Numbered from the stretch's first letter, positions 49,200 through 63,292 are shown. The stretch is 64,000 nt of DNA from Chiloscyllium plagiosum (GCF_004010195.1 NC_057710.1:3297822-3361821); one strand, 5' to 3'. Translations and numbers: made by a program. Notes: a model not told the origin generated them from the letters alone.

Positions 49200-50056
49200 C
49201 CTGGCCAGGTAGTCCTTCCGTGACTACCTGGTCAGGTCCACGCCCCCCCCCAACAACCCACCCTTCCGCCCTGGCAGTCTCCCCTGCCACCGCAGGAATT
49301 GCAAAACCTGTGCCCACACCCCCTCCCTCACCTTCCAAGGCCCAAAAGAAGCCTTCCACATCCATCAAAGTTTCACCTGCACATCCACCAATATCATTTA
49401 TTGTATCCGTTGCTCCTGATGCAGTCTCCTGTACATTGGGGAGACTGGACGCCTCCTCACAGAACGCTTTAGGGAACATCTCCAGAACACTTGCACCAAT
49501 CTACCCCATCGCCCCGCGGTCCAACATTTCAACTCCCCCTCCCACTCTGCCGAGGACATGCAGGTTCTTGGCCGCCTCCACCGCCGCTCCCTCACCACCA
49601 GACGTTTGGAGGGAGAATGCCTCACCTTCCGCCTCGGAACACTTCAACCCCAGGGTATCAATGTGGATTTCAACAGTTTCCTCATTTCCCCTCCCCCCAC
49701 CTCACCCTAGTTCCAACCTTCGAGCTCAGCACCGCCCTCATGACCTGTCCTACCTGCCAATCTCCCTTCCCACCTATCTGCGCCACCCTCCCCTCTGACC
49801 TATCACTGTAAGTAATCTAATCTATTACCTCCATCCCCATCCCCTGATTGTACTCTTGGCTATCTTCTCCCCAGTCCCGTCCCACCCCATTTATCGCTCC
49901 ACCCTGGAGGCTCCCTGCCCCTATTTCTGATTAAGGGCTTTTGCCCGAAATGTCGATTTTACTGCTGCTCGGATGCTGCCTGACCTACTGTGCTTTTCCA
50001 GCACAACTCTGATCTAAACCCTAGTTTCCAGCACCTGCCGTCCTCACTTTAGCCTA
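49200..50056 (+). mobile_element. Penelope-like element 3' portion
   Basis: GIY-YIG remnant (NIIYCIRC..LYIGETGR) and terminal module; collinear with 22060-22865. Confidence 0.88.
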
Positions 50057-50586
50057 CAATCTTCAAGATGTCTGCACGACTCCAATCCTGGCCTTGTGAG
50101 CATCCCCATCTTGAACCCCTTCAACATTTGCTGTGTTGCTTTCGCCTCCTGGGCCCAGAGCTCTCTGTATGTAACTTTTCTCCTCCACCTCTCTTGTCCT
50201 TACTTAGTGCTTTTTAAATCCTTCCTGTGTGACACAGTTTTTAATCAGCTGCCCTTACATCTCATTGATTTGGGACCAAATTCTGTTTGACAGCTAATGG
50301 TCCTGTTAGAGAGTGTGTCAGTAATAGGGTCAGGGGATGATGGTGGACCCGGGTGGACAAGATCAAAATCTGCAGGGGTTTGATTTTTGACCAGAGTCTG
50401 GGTCTTCAGTCAATCTGTGCCATTGAGATAACTGATATGACTCTCCACCTTTCTGAGAGTGAGCAATGGTTTGAAGTTTGCTCATGATGTGTGAGACAGA
50501 ACGGGGAAGAATGAGAAGATTGCCAAAAGATACGGTGAATTGAGCAAAGTGGGTAGGATGCAAGATGTAAATAGACATGTACGAGA

Positions 50587-52080
50587 GTCATAGAGATGTA
50601 CAGCATGGAAACAGACCCTTCAGTCCAACCCATCCATGCCGACCAGATATCCCAACCCAATCTAGTCCCACCTGCCAGCACCCGGCCCATATCCCTCCAA
50701 ACCCTTCCTATTCATATACCCATCCAAATGCCTCTTAAATGTTGCAATTGTACCGGCTTCCATCACATCCTCTGGCAGCTCATTCCATACATGTACCATC
50801 CTCTGTGTGAAAAAGTTGCCCCTTTGGTCTCTCTCATATCTTTCCCCTCTCGCCCTTTAGTTCTGGACTCCCCGACCCCAGGGAAAAGCCTTTGTCTATT
50901 TATCCTATCCATGCCCCTCATAATTTTGTAAACCTCTATAGGGTCACCCCTCAGCCTCTGACGCTCCAGGGAAAACAGCCCAGCCTGTTCANNNNNNNNN
51001 NNNNNNNNNNNNNNNNNNNNNNNNNNNNNNNNNNNNNNNNNNNNNNNNNNNNNNNNNNNNNNNNNNNNNNNNNNNNNNNNNNNNNNNNNNNNNNNNNNNN
51101 NNNNNNNNNNNNNNNNNNNNNNNNNNNNNNNNNNNNNNNNNNNNNNNNNNNNNNNNNNNNNNNNNNNNNNNNNNNNNNNNNNNNNNNNNNNNNNNNNNNN
51201 NNNNNNNNNNNNNNNNNNNNNNNNNNNNNNNNNNNNNNNNNNNNNNNNNNNNNNNNNNNNNNNNNNNNNNNNNNNNNNNNNNNNNNNNNNNNNNNNNNNN
51301 NNNNNNNNNNNNNNNNNNNNNNNNNNNNNNNNNNNNNNNNNNNNNNNNNNNNNNNNNNNNNNNNNNNNNNNNNNNNNNNNNNNNNNNNNNNNNNNNNNNN
51401 NNNNNNNNNNNNNNNNNNNNNNNNNNNNNNNNNNNNNNNNNNNNNNNNNNNNNNNNNNNNNNNNNNNNNNNNNNNNNNNNNNNNNNNNNNNNNNNNNNNN
51501 NNNNNNNNNNNNNNNNNNNNNNNNNNNNNNNNNNNNNNNNNNNNNNNNNNNNNNNNNNNNNNNNNNNNNNNNNNNNNNNNNNNNNNNNNNNNNNNNNNNN
51601 NNNNNNNNNNNNNNNNNNNNNNNNNNNNNNNNNNNNNNNNNNNNNNNNNNNNNNNNNNNNNNNNNNNNNNNNNNNNNNNNNNNNNNNNNNNNNNNNNNNN
51701 NNNNNNNNNNNNNNNNNNNNNNNNNNNNNNNNNGGCACCTCATCTGTGACTATTGATGATACAAATATCTCAGCAAGAGGTCCAGCAATCACTTCTCTAG
51801 CTTCCCACAGAGTTCTCGGGTACACCTGATCAGGTCCTGGGGATTTATCCACCTTGACCCGTTTCAAAACATCCAGCACTTCCTCCTCTGTAATCTGGAC
51901 ATTTTGCAAGATGTCACCATCTATTTCCCTACAGTCTATATCTTCCATATCCTTTTCCACAGTAAATACTGATGCAAAATCTTCATTTAGTATCTCCCCC
52001 ATTTTCTGAGGCTTCACACAAAGACTGCCTTGCTGATCTTTGAAGGGCCCTATTCTCTCCCTAGTTACCCTTTTGTCCTG
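50587..52080 (-). mobile_element. CR1 LINE spanning an assembly gap (N 50992-51733)
   Basis: KSPGPDQVYPRTLWEAREVIAGPL on one side of the gap and the GLFSLERQRLRGD tail on the other. Confidence 0.9.
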
Positions 52081-52859
52081 TGAGGACCTGTACTAGCACT
52101 ACACTACAAAGGTATAGCACTGTATATCCAAGTTTGCTGATGGTATGAAGTTTGGCTCATGAACAGGATTGTTGGGAGTAGAAAATTGGCAAGTGTGATA
52201 GATAGCAAGTTTTAAAATCTATCTTATGACTCAATGAGGAAGTGTGCTATCAAGCTCCATTACTCCACAGGCTGTCACAAATAGGGTGTTAGCACCCAAC
52301 TAAACCATCAGTCAATTTGCCTGCCTGACTGCGATTCAGGGCAAAAGTAATTTATGTCAGATCTCGTCATTCACAGGAAAACAATTTAACAGACTACAAT
52401 AATGGATTACTGGTTTACCACTGGGACCTAGACTGTATTCTTTTAAATCCCATCCCCTAGGGGGCCCCCCATCCCTATGTCACAGCCCCCATTCACTTAT
52501 TCATTTGCATAAGATCAGACAAAAATAGACTGTTTAACGCAAATGTTGTGGCTGGAAAATATAGGCAGGGAAAATTTCTGGAAGTCAAAAGTCCAGACCG
52601 TAAAGGTGGTGAGTTATTTCTTTCAGATTTTAGGGTTTCGATGACCAGTGACACAATGTCTACAGAGTGATACTTCATCTTCCTGTCTTCAGTTGGATTT
52701 GGATCTTGTATGAGAATTCTCTCTGTACAGATTTTTCTTTGTGGTTTCGCTCTGAAGGGGGAGAGAGATCTTCCTTGTTGGTAGATTCCAGATGTCTACA
52801 GCTGCAGATCACTTGCAGACCTGCAACAAACTGCAACTGACCCAATCTTCAGGCTGTTG

Positions 52860-53195
52860 CTGGGGAGATGATGGTCATGGCATCATCACTGGAGTGTTAA
52901 TCCAGAGACCCAGAGAATGTTCTGGGGACCCAGGTTCGAGTCCTGCCACAGCACACAATGGAATTGGAATTCACTTTTTAAAAAAACCTGGAATTACGTC
53001 TAATGATCGTGAATCATTTGTTGATTGTCTGGAAAGAGCCCATCTGTTCACTAATGTTCTTCAGGGAAGGAAACTGCTGTTGTTACCTGGTCTGACCTAA
53101 ATGTGACCCACAGCAATGTGATTGACTCTTAACTGCAATTAGGGATGGGCAATAAATGCTGGCATGGCCAGCTATGCCCTCGTCCTGTCAATGAG
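52860..53195 (+). mobile_element. Second tRNA-derived SINE family (DeuSINE/SacSINE-like tail)
   Basis: B box ggttcgagtcc and tail gcaattagggatgggcaataaatgctggc; related fragments near 7150, 28000-28250, 42940-43090 and 56200-56600. Confidence 0.65.
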
Positions 53196-53279
53196 TGACT
53201 TTTTTAACAAAAAAGTTCCTACTGAACTCCAACACCTGGTGCCACTGTGTTCCAGTGTATCCATTTTGCTGTTTGTTCC

Positions 53280-53720
53280 AAGCTTTTTGCAAAGATCTGT
53301 AGCTCAGGTTGTGGATGAGGTGGTTGGTGAGCTCGCCGAGCTGCTGGGCTGTCGTGTCGATGTTTCATTACCATGCTGGGTAACGCCATTGGTGTGATGT
53401 CTGTGAAGCGCTGTGGTTCTGTCCTGCTTGGGTTTTGTGTAGTCCGGTCTGCCGGGGTGAGTGTCACTTCTGGGTCTTCTCTGCTGCGGTTTGTACACCA
53501 GCTCTATCTCTGTGTGTTTGTGGATTTTATTTTCATTGAAAGCCAGCCTTCCAAGAACACTCTTGCATGTCTATGTTTGGCTTGCCCTAGAATGGTTACT
53601 TTGTAATAGTTGAATTGATGGCCCTCATGGTCTGTGAGTACAGAGATGAGGGAGAGTGGATCCTGGTTGCAAGTTGGTGTCCATGAAGTCAGATGGCAGT
53701 TTTCTTCCAAGGCTAGTGTT
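53280..53720 (-). mobile_element. Penelope-like fragment, third family
   Basis: SLISVLTDHEGHQFNYYKVTILGQAKHRHARVFLEGW resembles a GIY-YIG C-terminus; terminal aacctgagctaca.atc module also at ~62940-63050. Confidence 0.7.
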
Positions 53721-54644
53721 CTTTTTCTGTCTCCTTAACTTTTCATTTACACCATATAATCATCAAGTTGCAGGAAGGAAACTCTGGTATTTTTTAAGCT
53801 GTGTAGCAGCATCCATCTTACCATTTACAGGCTGTATTCTCACTACCTGTCCATCAGCAGATTGTGATTCAATGTTTCCTGTTTTTAAAACAGGTGGGAA
53901 TACATTTCCCCCACTCGCTCTGTCTATTGCCCAGTCTGGACTTTAATGTTGGAAAATCATTAACACATCTTGTAGGCTGCACTTGCGATTCTATTGTGTA
54001 GATTTTTCTCTCCTGGATATAGTCACCTCTGCAGCAAGTTATAACACACCAGTATACATTCCTGTCCCGAGAAAATGCGTGGAATGTTGATGGCCTGGCT
54101 GAAGATTTTTGAGACCTTTCTGGTAGAGGTTGCTGAGGACAGGTACGTGATTATAGTAGCCATATTTGGGCTGTTTAGTGTGCTTTTTGGAAATAGTTTT
54201 AGTGTCTATGTATTAAAATTTGGTTTAATCCTTCCTTGACACAATTGACCTTTGGAGAGGAAGACAATATTAATCCTACTCCAATTTTTTAAACCTGTTC
54301 CGATGCATGAAAAGTATTTGATTATTCTGCTATTCATTGTCAGGGTCGCACACGTGGTTATTTGATGCAGTCTTATGTGAGGATCCCTGAAAATGTTTAT
54401 TTCTGTGATGACAGTGGAGGAGCACACAAATTTCAGGACTCCATTCGTCCCTTCTGCACTGCTTTGTGTAGAAGGAAATGGTACTGAGTAAATGCACGAA
54501 AATCAACTGAAAGGAAAGGAAGATATCAGCTGAGCCAGCTGAACATAGCTTTAGTGAGGAAAGAGAAGCAGTGGTTGTGTCACTGAGCGAGGTCATCCAG
54601 AATTCGGAGCTTCTGGAAAGATGGCCTGTATGTGAGTGTAGATG

Positions 54645-55600
54645 AGACATGATCTATATGGACTTCGACAAGGCGTTCGACAAGGTTCCCCATGGGCGAC
54701 TGATTAGCAAGGTTAGATCTCTCAGAATACAGGGAGAACTAGCCATTTGGATACAGAGCTGGCTCAAAGGTAGAAGACTGAGGGTGGTGGTGGAGGGTTG
54801 TTTTTCAGACTGGAGGCCTGTGACCAGTGGAGTGCCACAAGGATCGGTGCTGGGTCCTCTACTTTTTGTCATTTACATAAATGATTTGGATGCGAGCATA
54901 AGAGGTAACAAAGAGACCTTGGAGTGCAGGTTCATAGCTCCTTGAAAGTGGAGTCGCAGGTAGATAGGATAGTGAAGAAGGCGTTTGGTATGCTTTCCTT
55001 TATTGGTCAGAGTATTGAGTACAGGAGTTGGGAGGTCATGTTGCGGCTGTACAGGACATTGATTAGGCCACTTTCAGAATATTTTATGTAATCCTGGTCT
55101 CCTTCCTATTGGAAGGATATTGTGAAACTTGATAGGTTTCAGAAAAGATTTACAGGGATGGAGGCTTTGAGCTATAGGGAGAGGTTGAATAGGCTGGGGC
55201 TGTTTTCCCTGGAGCGTCGGAGGCTGAGGGGTGACCTTATAGAGGTTTACAAAATCAAGAGAGTTATGGATAGGGTAAATAGTCACAGTCTTTTCCCTAG
55301 GGTCGGGGAGTCCAGAACTAGAGGGCATAGGTTTAGGGTGAGAGGGGAAAGATATAAAAGAGACCTAAGGGGCAACCTTTTCACGCAGAGGGTGGTATGT
55401 GTATGGAATGAGCTGCCAGAGAATGTGGTGGAGGCTGGTACAAGTACAACATTTAAGAGGCATTTGGATGGGTATATGAATAGGAAGGGTTTGGAGGGAT
55501 ATGGGCCGGGTGCTGGCAGGTGGGACTAGATTGGGTTGGGATATCTGCTTTGCATGGACGGGTTGGACTGGGGTCTGTTTCTGTGCTGTACATTCTATGC
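54645..55600 (+). mobile_element. CR1 RT/3' fragment
   Basis: [35 protein letters not shown] and the 3' tail. Confidence 0.93.
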
Positions 55601-55847
55601 CTCGAAGATGTGCAAGCAACATCAATCCATAGGCCCCATCTGGAAATGTGGAAGAGGGATTAAGGATGAATTTTTGTGGGGTCTGTAGCTCTGCTGACAT
55701 TGCACGTTGTGTCGGCTGTGGATAGACAAGCAAAAACCTGGGTTGGTAGGTTTTGTAAGAACCGTGAGTGATGAAGTCGGTCTGCATTTCTTTCGGTGCA
55801 CTGTGGAACTGTTTTTTTTTTATTCCCTAAAGCCTTTCTTTTTGCAG

Positions 55848-55927
55848 AAGGCTGTTACCTGTCAACATTGACGGATAAAGCCAACGTTTACCACCATAAC
55901 CTGCAGGACAATCCGGTTACAAATCAG
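55848..55927 (+). CDS. TTC31: TTC31 exon (80 nt, phase 1 to 0)
   Basis: tttctttttgcag acceptor, CAG|gtatgc donor; GCYLSTLTDKANVYHHNLQDNPVTNQ. Confidence 0.75.
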
Positions 55928-56812
55928 GTATGCATGGTGCCTGTAAGGGTACCTATCATTGTAATGATAGTTATGCTGCCGCACAGCCCACAGTTATTTG
56001 ATGTTTGCCTAGCCAATGGCGGTGGGCTGCTTGGAGGCGTTCAGACTATTCCTCTCTGAGAATGCTGATACTCTGTTTATTACTTATTGTAACTTTGGAA
56101 AAGTAGCAGCAGCCAGTCAGCTTGAGGAAAAACAATGACAGAAAATGTTTTTGCATCTCATTGTATTTGTGTTTATTCATCCCTGGAATGCATGCATCAA
56201 TGGAGGGCCAGCATTAATTGCCCATCACTATTTGACCTTTGAAATGAGCAGCTTGCTAGACCCTTTCAGAGGGCTGTTAGAGGTCCATCATATTACTGAG
56301 AATCTGGAGTTACGTGGGTGACCTTTTTCTTCCCCCAGGACTTTGATATTCTGAGTTTTATTGATTTATTCCTTGGACCGATTGTTGTGAATACTGCTGG
56401 TTGGGCCAGCATTTATTGCCCATCCCTCGTTGCCCTTTGAGAAGGTGGTGGTGAGCTGCCTCCTTGAATCACTGCAGTCCTTGTGCCTTGGGGAGGGAAT
56501 TCCAGGATTTTGACCCAGCAACGGTGAAGGAATGCAGATATTTCCAAGTCAGGGTGGTGAGTGGCTTGGAGGGGAACTTGCAGTTGATAGAGTTCCCTTG
56601 TATCTGTTACCTTTGTCCTTCAAAATGCCAGGGGTTGTATACTTGGTATGTACTGTCTCGGGATCTGTGGTAAATCTGTACAGTGCATCCCGCAAATGCT
56701 TCACATTGCTAATTCTCTGGGCTGGGGAATTGGGTTTTAATCTCGATTTGTTTGGTGGGTTTTGCTGTTGGTCACAATTTTTTTCAGTTTTTCCAATTGT
56801 GTTCTCTTGCAG

Positions 56813-56915
56813 AGGCTGGACAATTTTTTAAAAGATCTAATTGAGAGCAGTCCAGTGGAGGTTCATCAGTGTGTTTTTAATGAGGAGACAGCCATAATGG
56901 AGCAGCATGTTTTTG
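56813..56915 (+). CDS. TTC31: TTC31 exon (103 nt, phase 0 to 1)
   Basis: RLDNFLKDLIESSPVEVH, compare human DFLRRLVESDPQGLH (recalled); canonical splice sites. Confidence 0.85.
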
Positions 56916-57029
56916 GTAATTTGTGTCTACAAGTATCTTGCTTGATCTTTGGGTTAATATCAATAGTTGTGTTTTGTCACAATTTCCACCCACTTCACCC
57001 TTTCGCACGCCCCTCTTGTATAGAAAGTA

Positions 57030-57850
57030 GGAGCAGAAGTAGCCAACCGGCCCTTGGATCCTGCTCCATCATTAAATATGGTCATTGCTGATCCTCTGTA
57101 TCACTGTTGTGTTCCCCTGTCTCCCCATATTCCCTTGATGTCATTAAAATCTAGACAAAAAAAACTATCTCTTCCTTGAATCAGTGTCCTGTTCCCCCAC
57201 AGCCTTCTGTGATTGAGAATTCTACAGGTTTACTCAGGTTTGAGTGAAGGCAGTGATCTCAGTTCTGATTGGTCTACCCTGTGTCCTGAGACTGTCCCAC
57301 GGTTCTAGACTGCCTACTAAGGGAAAATATTTACCTGCACTGGATCGCTGTAGCCCTGTTAGAATTTTGTACAGTTCAGTCCGATCCCCTCATCCTTCTA
57401 AACTCCAGTGAACACAGGTCCACCCAAACCAATCTGTTCCTGGAATCAACCTATTGACCCTCCACTGCATTCTGTCTCTGCCAAGCACCTCCTTTCTTGA
57501 GGGATGCGAAAATTGCAAGCAGTACTCCAGGTATGGTCTCACCAAGACCTTGTATAACTGCAGTGAGGCAGTTCTGAACTCCTTCTGAATTCCAACCCTC
57601 TTACGCTGAAGACCAATGTTCTATACATGAATGCTTGGTGCGGTTGGCTGTTTACTTTCATTAACGGATGTAAAAGGACACCCAGACCCCTCTGTGTATC
57701 CATGATTCCCAATGTATCACCATTCAATTTAATTCATCTGTTTCTTACACCGTAGCATATAATTTCACAACTATCCATGCTGTATTGCATCTGCCATGTG
57801 TTTGTTCTGGCTCAACTTATCTAAATCACCTTGAAGCCTCCTTGCACCCT
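57030..57850 (-). mobile_element. Degenerate CR1 fragment
   Basis: Reverse complement of the CR1 tail and RT C-terminal region. Confidence 0.7.
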
Positions 57851-58557
57851 CTTTACAACTAAGTCCAAGCCAATTGTCTCCCCTGTACTGCTGATGCATA
57901 ATTTTAAGGGTCCCTGCTTCCTCTGTTATTACTACGGTGTTTATTCTTCAACTAGTCAGATCATAAAGTGGCTCAGGTGCTCTTGAGGTAGAGTCATACG
58001 CCATACCCTGTGGTGATCACCTCAGTAACACTTGGATAGTAATATTGGTGGTAATGGTCTGTGATCCCATGGTCAATTGTTCAGCATAGTCCCAGGGATC
58101 AGCAGTGAATCCTGTAACACTGCACTGGGCAGTTGTGCACAGTCTTCACTTGTGTGATGGACAGGAACTGAATCTCCTGACTGGGAGATTTTCTGTGCCA
58201 TACTTGAGGGAGTGCTGCAGCTCAGAACTTCACATGAGCAGCATGTGTTTTCTCAGTTGGATGTTAAGGATCCCATGAGGGGCCATGTCCTGGACCAGAG
58301 ACCTGGGTAAACCGCAGTGGTCTGCTCCCAATTTAAATGAGTGTAGCAGTATTTCTGCTGCTGTTGCTGGAGAGTGTGTGGCGAGAGTTTCAGTGTCACC
58401 TCATGTATCCAGAGTAGACACTCGTGTCGCGTGATCCTGGGCTAGCAACGCAAATGGAATCAGGTTCTTTTACAGGGTTCAGGAGCGGAGGAATGAGAGT
58501 CAGAGCTGGAGATGATAAAGACAATCTGACTTCACTGTTATTGTATTGGTCCTGTAG

Positions 58558-58748
58558 ATTCAAGTGATGATGATGATAATTACACCTATGAAGATGATTA
58601 TTCCAATGATGATGATGACCACAACGTTGATACATTTTGCGGATTACGGAAAAATTTCCTCTACAATGCTCCGGAATTGTCCACATTTAAAAATATAACA
58701 GATCCATACAATAATAAAAGCTCCAATTCATACCGAGGTTCTGCTGAG
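58558..58748 (+). CDS. TTC31: TTC31 exon (191 nt, phase 1 to 0)
   Basis: Acidic tract followed by DTFCGLRKNFLY (human TYCGLRKSFLY); ctgtag acceptor, GAG|gtgggt donor. Confidence 0.9.
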
Positions 58749-59094
58749 GTGGGTAAACCTGAGAATTGCAGCTGTTGTTTGGTCATGCAGAACTTGCGTA
58801 TTGCTGGAAATGAAAGCAGTTTTGATGGAACTTTTTGTCTTGCACTTATGACATTCCAAAGTAAAATAAAAATAGCAGTCATACTCTTGAGGTCAAAGAG
58901 CAGTGTAGCACTGTAACAGGCCGTTCAGGCCATCGTAACTGCACTGATACAAGATGCCTTTCTAAACTAAACACCTGTTGCCTCTACATGGTCCATATCC
59001 CTCTATTCCATGCCTAATCATGTATCTGTCAAGATGCCTCTTAAATGTTATTGTGTCTGCTTCTACCATCTCCTCTGCATTCCAGGCGCTTCCA

Positions 59095-61370
59095 TAGAAA
59101 CACAGAAAATAGGTGCAGGAATAGGCCATTTGGCCCTTCGAGTCTGCACCACCACTCAGTCCGATCGTGGCTGGTCATGCAGTTTCAGTATGCTATTCCC
59201 GCCCTCTCTCCATACCCCTGATCCCATTAGTTGAAAGGGCCATGTCCAGCTCCCTCTTGAATATTTTTAATGAACTGGCCCCAACAGCTTCCTGTGGGAG
59301 AGAATTCCACAGGTTCAGAATTCTGAGTGAAGAAGTTCTTCGTATCTCAGTCCTGAACAGCTTACACCTTATTCTTAGACTGTGACCCCTCGTCCTGGAC
59401 TTCCCCAGCATTGGGAACATTCTTCCTGCGTCTGGCATGTCCAGTCTCATCAGGGTTTTGTTTCCTTGAGATTCCCCCCTCGTTCTTCTAAATTCCAGTG
59501 AATCCAAACCCAGTTGAAGAAGTCTTTCCTTATCCTGGGAATGTCAGTCCTGCCATTCCCGGTGAACCTTCACTTGACTCCCTCAACCGCATCAGACTGA
59601 GGCGCCAAAATTGCACACAATAGTCGAGGTGTGGCCTCTCCAAGACCCTGGATAACTGCAGCAAGACATCCTTACTCTGATACTCAAGTCATCTTACTAT
59701 AAATGCCAGCATGCCATTAGCTTTCCTCACTGCCTGCTGTACCTGCATGCCCACCTTCAGTGCAGTTCTGGTCTCCCTCCAATAGGAAGGATGTTGCGAA
59801 ACTTGGAAGGGTTCAGAAAAGATTTACAAGGAGGTTGCCAGGGTTGGAGGATTTGAGCTGTAAGGAGAGGCTGAATAAGTTTTTGGGATTGTTTTCCCTG
59901 GAGTGTTGGAGGCTGAGGGGTGACCTTATAGAGGTTTATAAAATCATGAGGGGCACAGATAGGGTAACTAGACAAGGTCTTTTCCCCGGGGTGGGGGAAA
60001 TCCAGATCAAGAGGGCATACGTTTAGGGTGTGAGGGGAAAGATTTAAAAGGGACCTAAGGGGCAACTTTTTCGCGCAGAGGGTGGTGTGTGTATGCAATG
60101 AGCTGCCAGAGGAAGTGGTGGAGGCTGGTACAATTGCAACATTTAAAATGCATCTGGATGGGTATATGAATAGGCAAGGTTTAGAGAAATATGGGCCGGG
60201 TGCTGGTAATTGGGACTAGATTAATTTAGGATATCTGGTCGGCATGGATGAGTTGGACCAAAGGGTCTGTTTCCATGCTGTACATCTTTATGACTGTTCC
60301 AACAGGACACCTGGGTCTCATTGAACTTTCCCTTTTCCTAAACTGCCCTCATTCAGATAATCTACCTTCCTGTTTTTGTGACCAAAGTGGATAACCTGTC
60401 ATTGATTGACATCACATTGCATTTGCCAAGTATTTGCCCGTTCAGCTAGTCTGTCCAAGTCATCCTCTGAGCACCCTCCTCCCAGCACACACTGCCACCC
60501 AGCTTTGTGTCACCTGCATATTTAGAGATATGGCGTTCCATTCCTTCATCAAAGTCATTAATGTATCTTGTGAACAACTGGGGTCCCAGCACTGAACCCA
60601 GCGACACCCCACTTGTCACTGCCTGCCACTCTGAAAGGGGCCTGTTTATTCCAACTCTTCTTCCAATCTGCCAATCAGTTCTCCATTCACATCATTACAC
60701 GATACCTTGAGCTTTAATTTTCCTCACTAATCTCCTGTGTGGAACCTTGTCCAAATCCTTTTGAAAGTCCAGATGCACAACGTCTACTGATTCACCATTG
60801 TCCATTCTACTGGTCACATCCTCAAAACATTCCAGAAGGTTTGTCAAGCATGTCTTCCCTTTAGTGAATCCATGCTGACTTGGACTGATCCTGTCACTGC
60901 TTTCCAAATGCGCAGTTATTACATCCTTAATGACTGACTCCAGCATATTCCCCACCACTGGTGTCAGGCTAACTGGCCTATAATTGTTTAAAGACTGGAG
61001 TTAGATTAGCTATCTTCCAGTCCATTGGGACTCTTTCCAGCATTCTGTAAATTCAATCACCAATGCATCTGCTATTTCTGGTACCATTTCCCTAAGTGCT
61101 CTGGGATGCAGAGCATCAGACCCTGGGGACTAATTGGGTTTTAATCCCATCAATTTCCCAAGTACCATTTCATGACTTAATAAGTATTTCTTTCAGTTTC
61201 TTTAATGCTTGACCATCTGTGTCCTTGCATTTCCTGAATGTTATTTGTGTCCTCCTTATTGAAGACAGATCCAAAGCATTTGTTCAACTGGTCTGCCAAC
61301 ACTTTGTTGTCCATTATGAATTCATCTGATTCCAACTGCAAGGGACCTACATTTATCTTCACCAGTTTTT
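59095..61370 (-). mobile_element. Minus-strand CR1 with a plus-strand CR1 (59757-60293) nested inside
   Basis: QHGFTKGKTCLTNLLE..LDFQK on the minus strand; QFWSP..GLFSLE tail on the plus strand. Confidence 0.85.
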
Positions 61371-62470
61371 TTTCTCCCCCCCACCCCCACCCTCCCTTCA
61401 CATATCTATAGTCGCCTCTGTTTTAAAAAAAAACACTTGCCTTTCACATCTCCTTTAAACTTCTTCCTTTCATATTAAAACTTTGCCCCCTTATACAGCA
61501 AACTTTGTTTTAACTGGCACCTTCTGTACCAGTGCATTGGATAAACTGGTAAACGTTATATACCTGAAATAGTGGAAGTTTCCTGTATGATTGTGATGTT
61601 GGAGTAGTCGGTTGAGGGTGTAGTGAGAAGGCTCTGCCGGTAAGTTTTATCCAAGGCAAAGTTTAATCATTATTTAAGTAATTTATGCTGAAAGTATAAT
61701 GGTGATGTGCATGTCCCCTGTATTCGGTTTCAATTATTGTTGGTTTTCACATTGATTATGTGGACCTCTTGATCAACCGGTCCCATAGGGGCGAGGTTAA
61801 TTTTGCTGTAATTGACAATTTGACGCTATACAGCTGCAACATGACATGCCAATTTTCATGCTCTGACTGACAACGGCAAGCAAGCCTTCTTTGCCATCTT
61901 ATCCCCTTGTGTTGACACTTTCAGGGCACTGTCGACCTGTACATCTCGATCCCTCTATCTTAATGCTTCTAAGAGCTCTGCCGTTTACTGTATACTTGCC
62001 TGCTGCATGAGGTCTTCCAAAATGCATCACCTCGCGTGTCTGGATTAGATACCATCTGCTTTTTCTCCACCCAAGTATCTATCCCGATCTATATCCATCC
62101 CAGCACTGATCCCTGTGGAATACCACTGGTCACAGATCTCTCGTCTGAAAACCACCTTTCCACAACTACTGTCTGTCTTCAATGACCAAGCCAGTTCTGT
62201 GTCCATCTTAGCAGCACATAGTGGACCCCATGTGACTTTACCTTCTGTATCAGCCTGCCAGGAGGGACCCTGTCAAAGGCCTCGCCAAAGTCCATGTAGA
62301 CAATATCCACTACCCAGCTGTCATCCATCATCTTTGTCAATTCCTCAAAAAACTCAATCATGTTTTTTCATATTATTACAAATCTGAATACATCCTATTC
62401 CTAAGAATCTTCTCCAATAATTTTCCTACCACTGACATAAAGCTTGTCCGCCAGTAATTTACTAGATTAT

Positions 62471-62697
62471 AGGGAAAAACAATGGCTGCAGATGCTGGAA
62501 ACCAGAGTCTAGACTAGAATGGTGCTGGAAAAGCACAGCAGTTCAGGCAGCATCCGAGGAGCAGTAAAATAGACGTTTCGGGCAAAAGCCCTTCAGGAAT
62601 TCCTGATGCAGGGCTTTTGCCCAAAACGTCGATTTCCCTGCTCCTCTGATGCTGCCTGACCTGCTGTGCTTCTCCAGCACCACTCTAATCTAGACTC
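62471..62697. mobile_element. Palindromic Penelope-derived element inserted in a CR1
   Basis: Two terminal modules back to back around caggaattcctg; 14-bp imperfect TSD atttactagattat/atttcctagattat. Confidence 0.85.
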
Positions 62698-63292
62698 ATT
62701 TCCTAGATTATGCCTGTTTCCCTTCTTAAAGGAACAGCATTGGTTATTCTGCAGTACTCTGGGACCTGTCACTAAAGAGGACACAAAGATTTCATACAAG
62801 ACCACAACAGTTTCATCGCCCTCAGTTTTCCGGGACAGATCCCATCATGTTCTGGGGACTTGTCTACCTTAATGTTTTTCAAAACACCTAACAACAACAC
62901 ATTTAATATTGACACGCCATTGCCATGGGGCGATGGACCTGACTCCTCAGTGATGATAATACCTAGCATGATGACAAAATGTCTGAGAACAAACTTAGCA
63001 GCTCAGCTAGCAAACTTAGAACCTGAGCTACAAATCTTCGCAAAAAATTGCAAACTCTTTTGTCAAGGTATGAAGCTTACTGCACATGCAAGTGTCCCCT
63101 TGGATTCAGTTGGGCCTGCAATGTGGTGAAATCTCCATCTGTGCTGAATTGTTGCTGGTCTTGTTTGATGTCCCATCCTCCACTGGGTTGGTGTTTCTCA
63201 GTGAGATCCAATTCTTTCTTGGGTTTCTGTTTGTCTGGGAGACTGGATGTGTTCCTGCTAATCCAGTATGACTCTCTCATTGTGTTTTGCAG

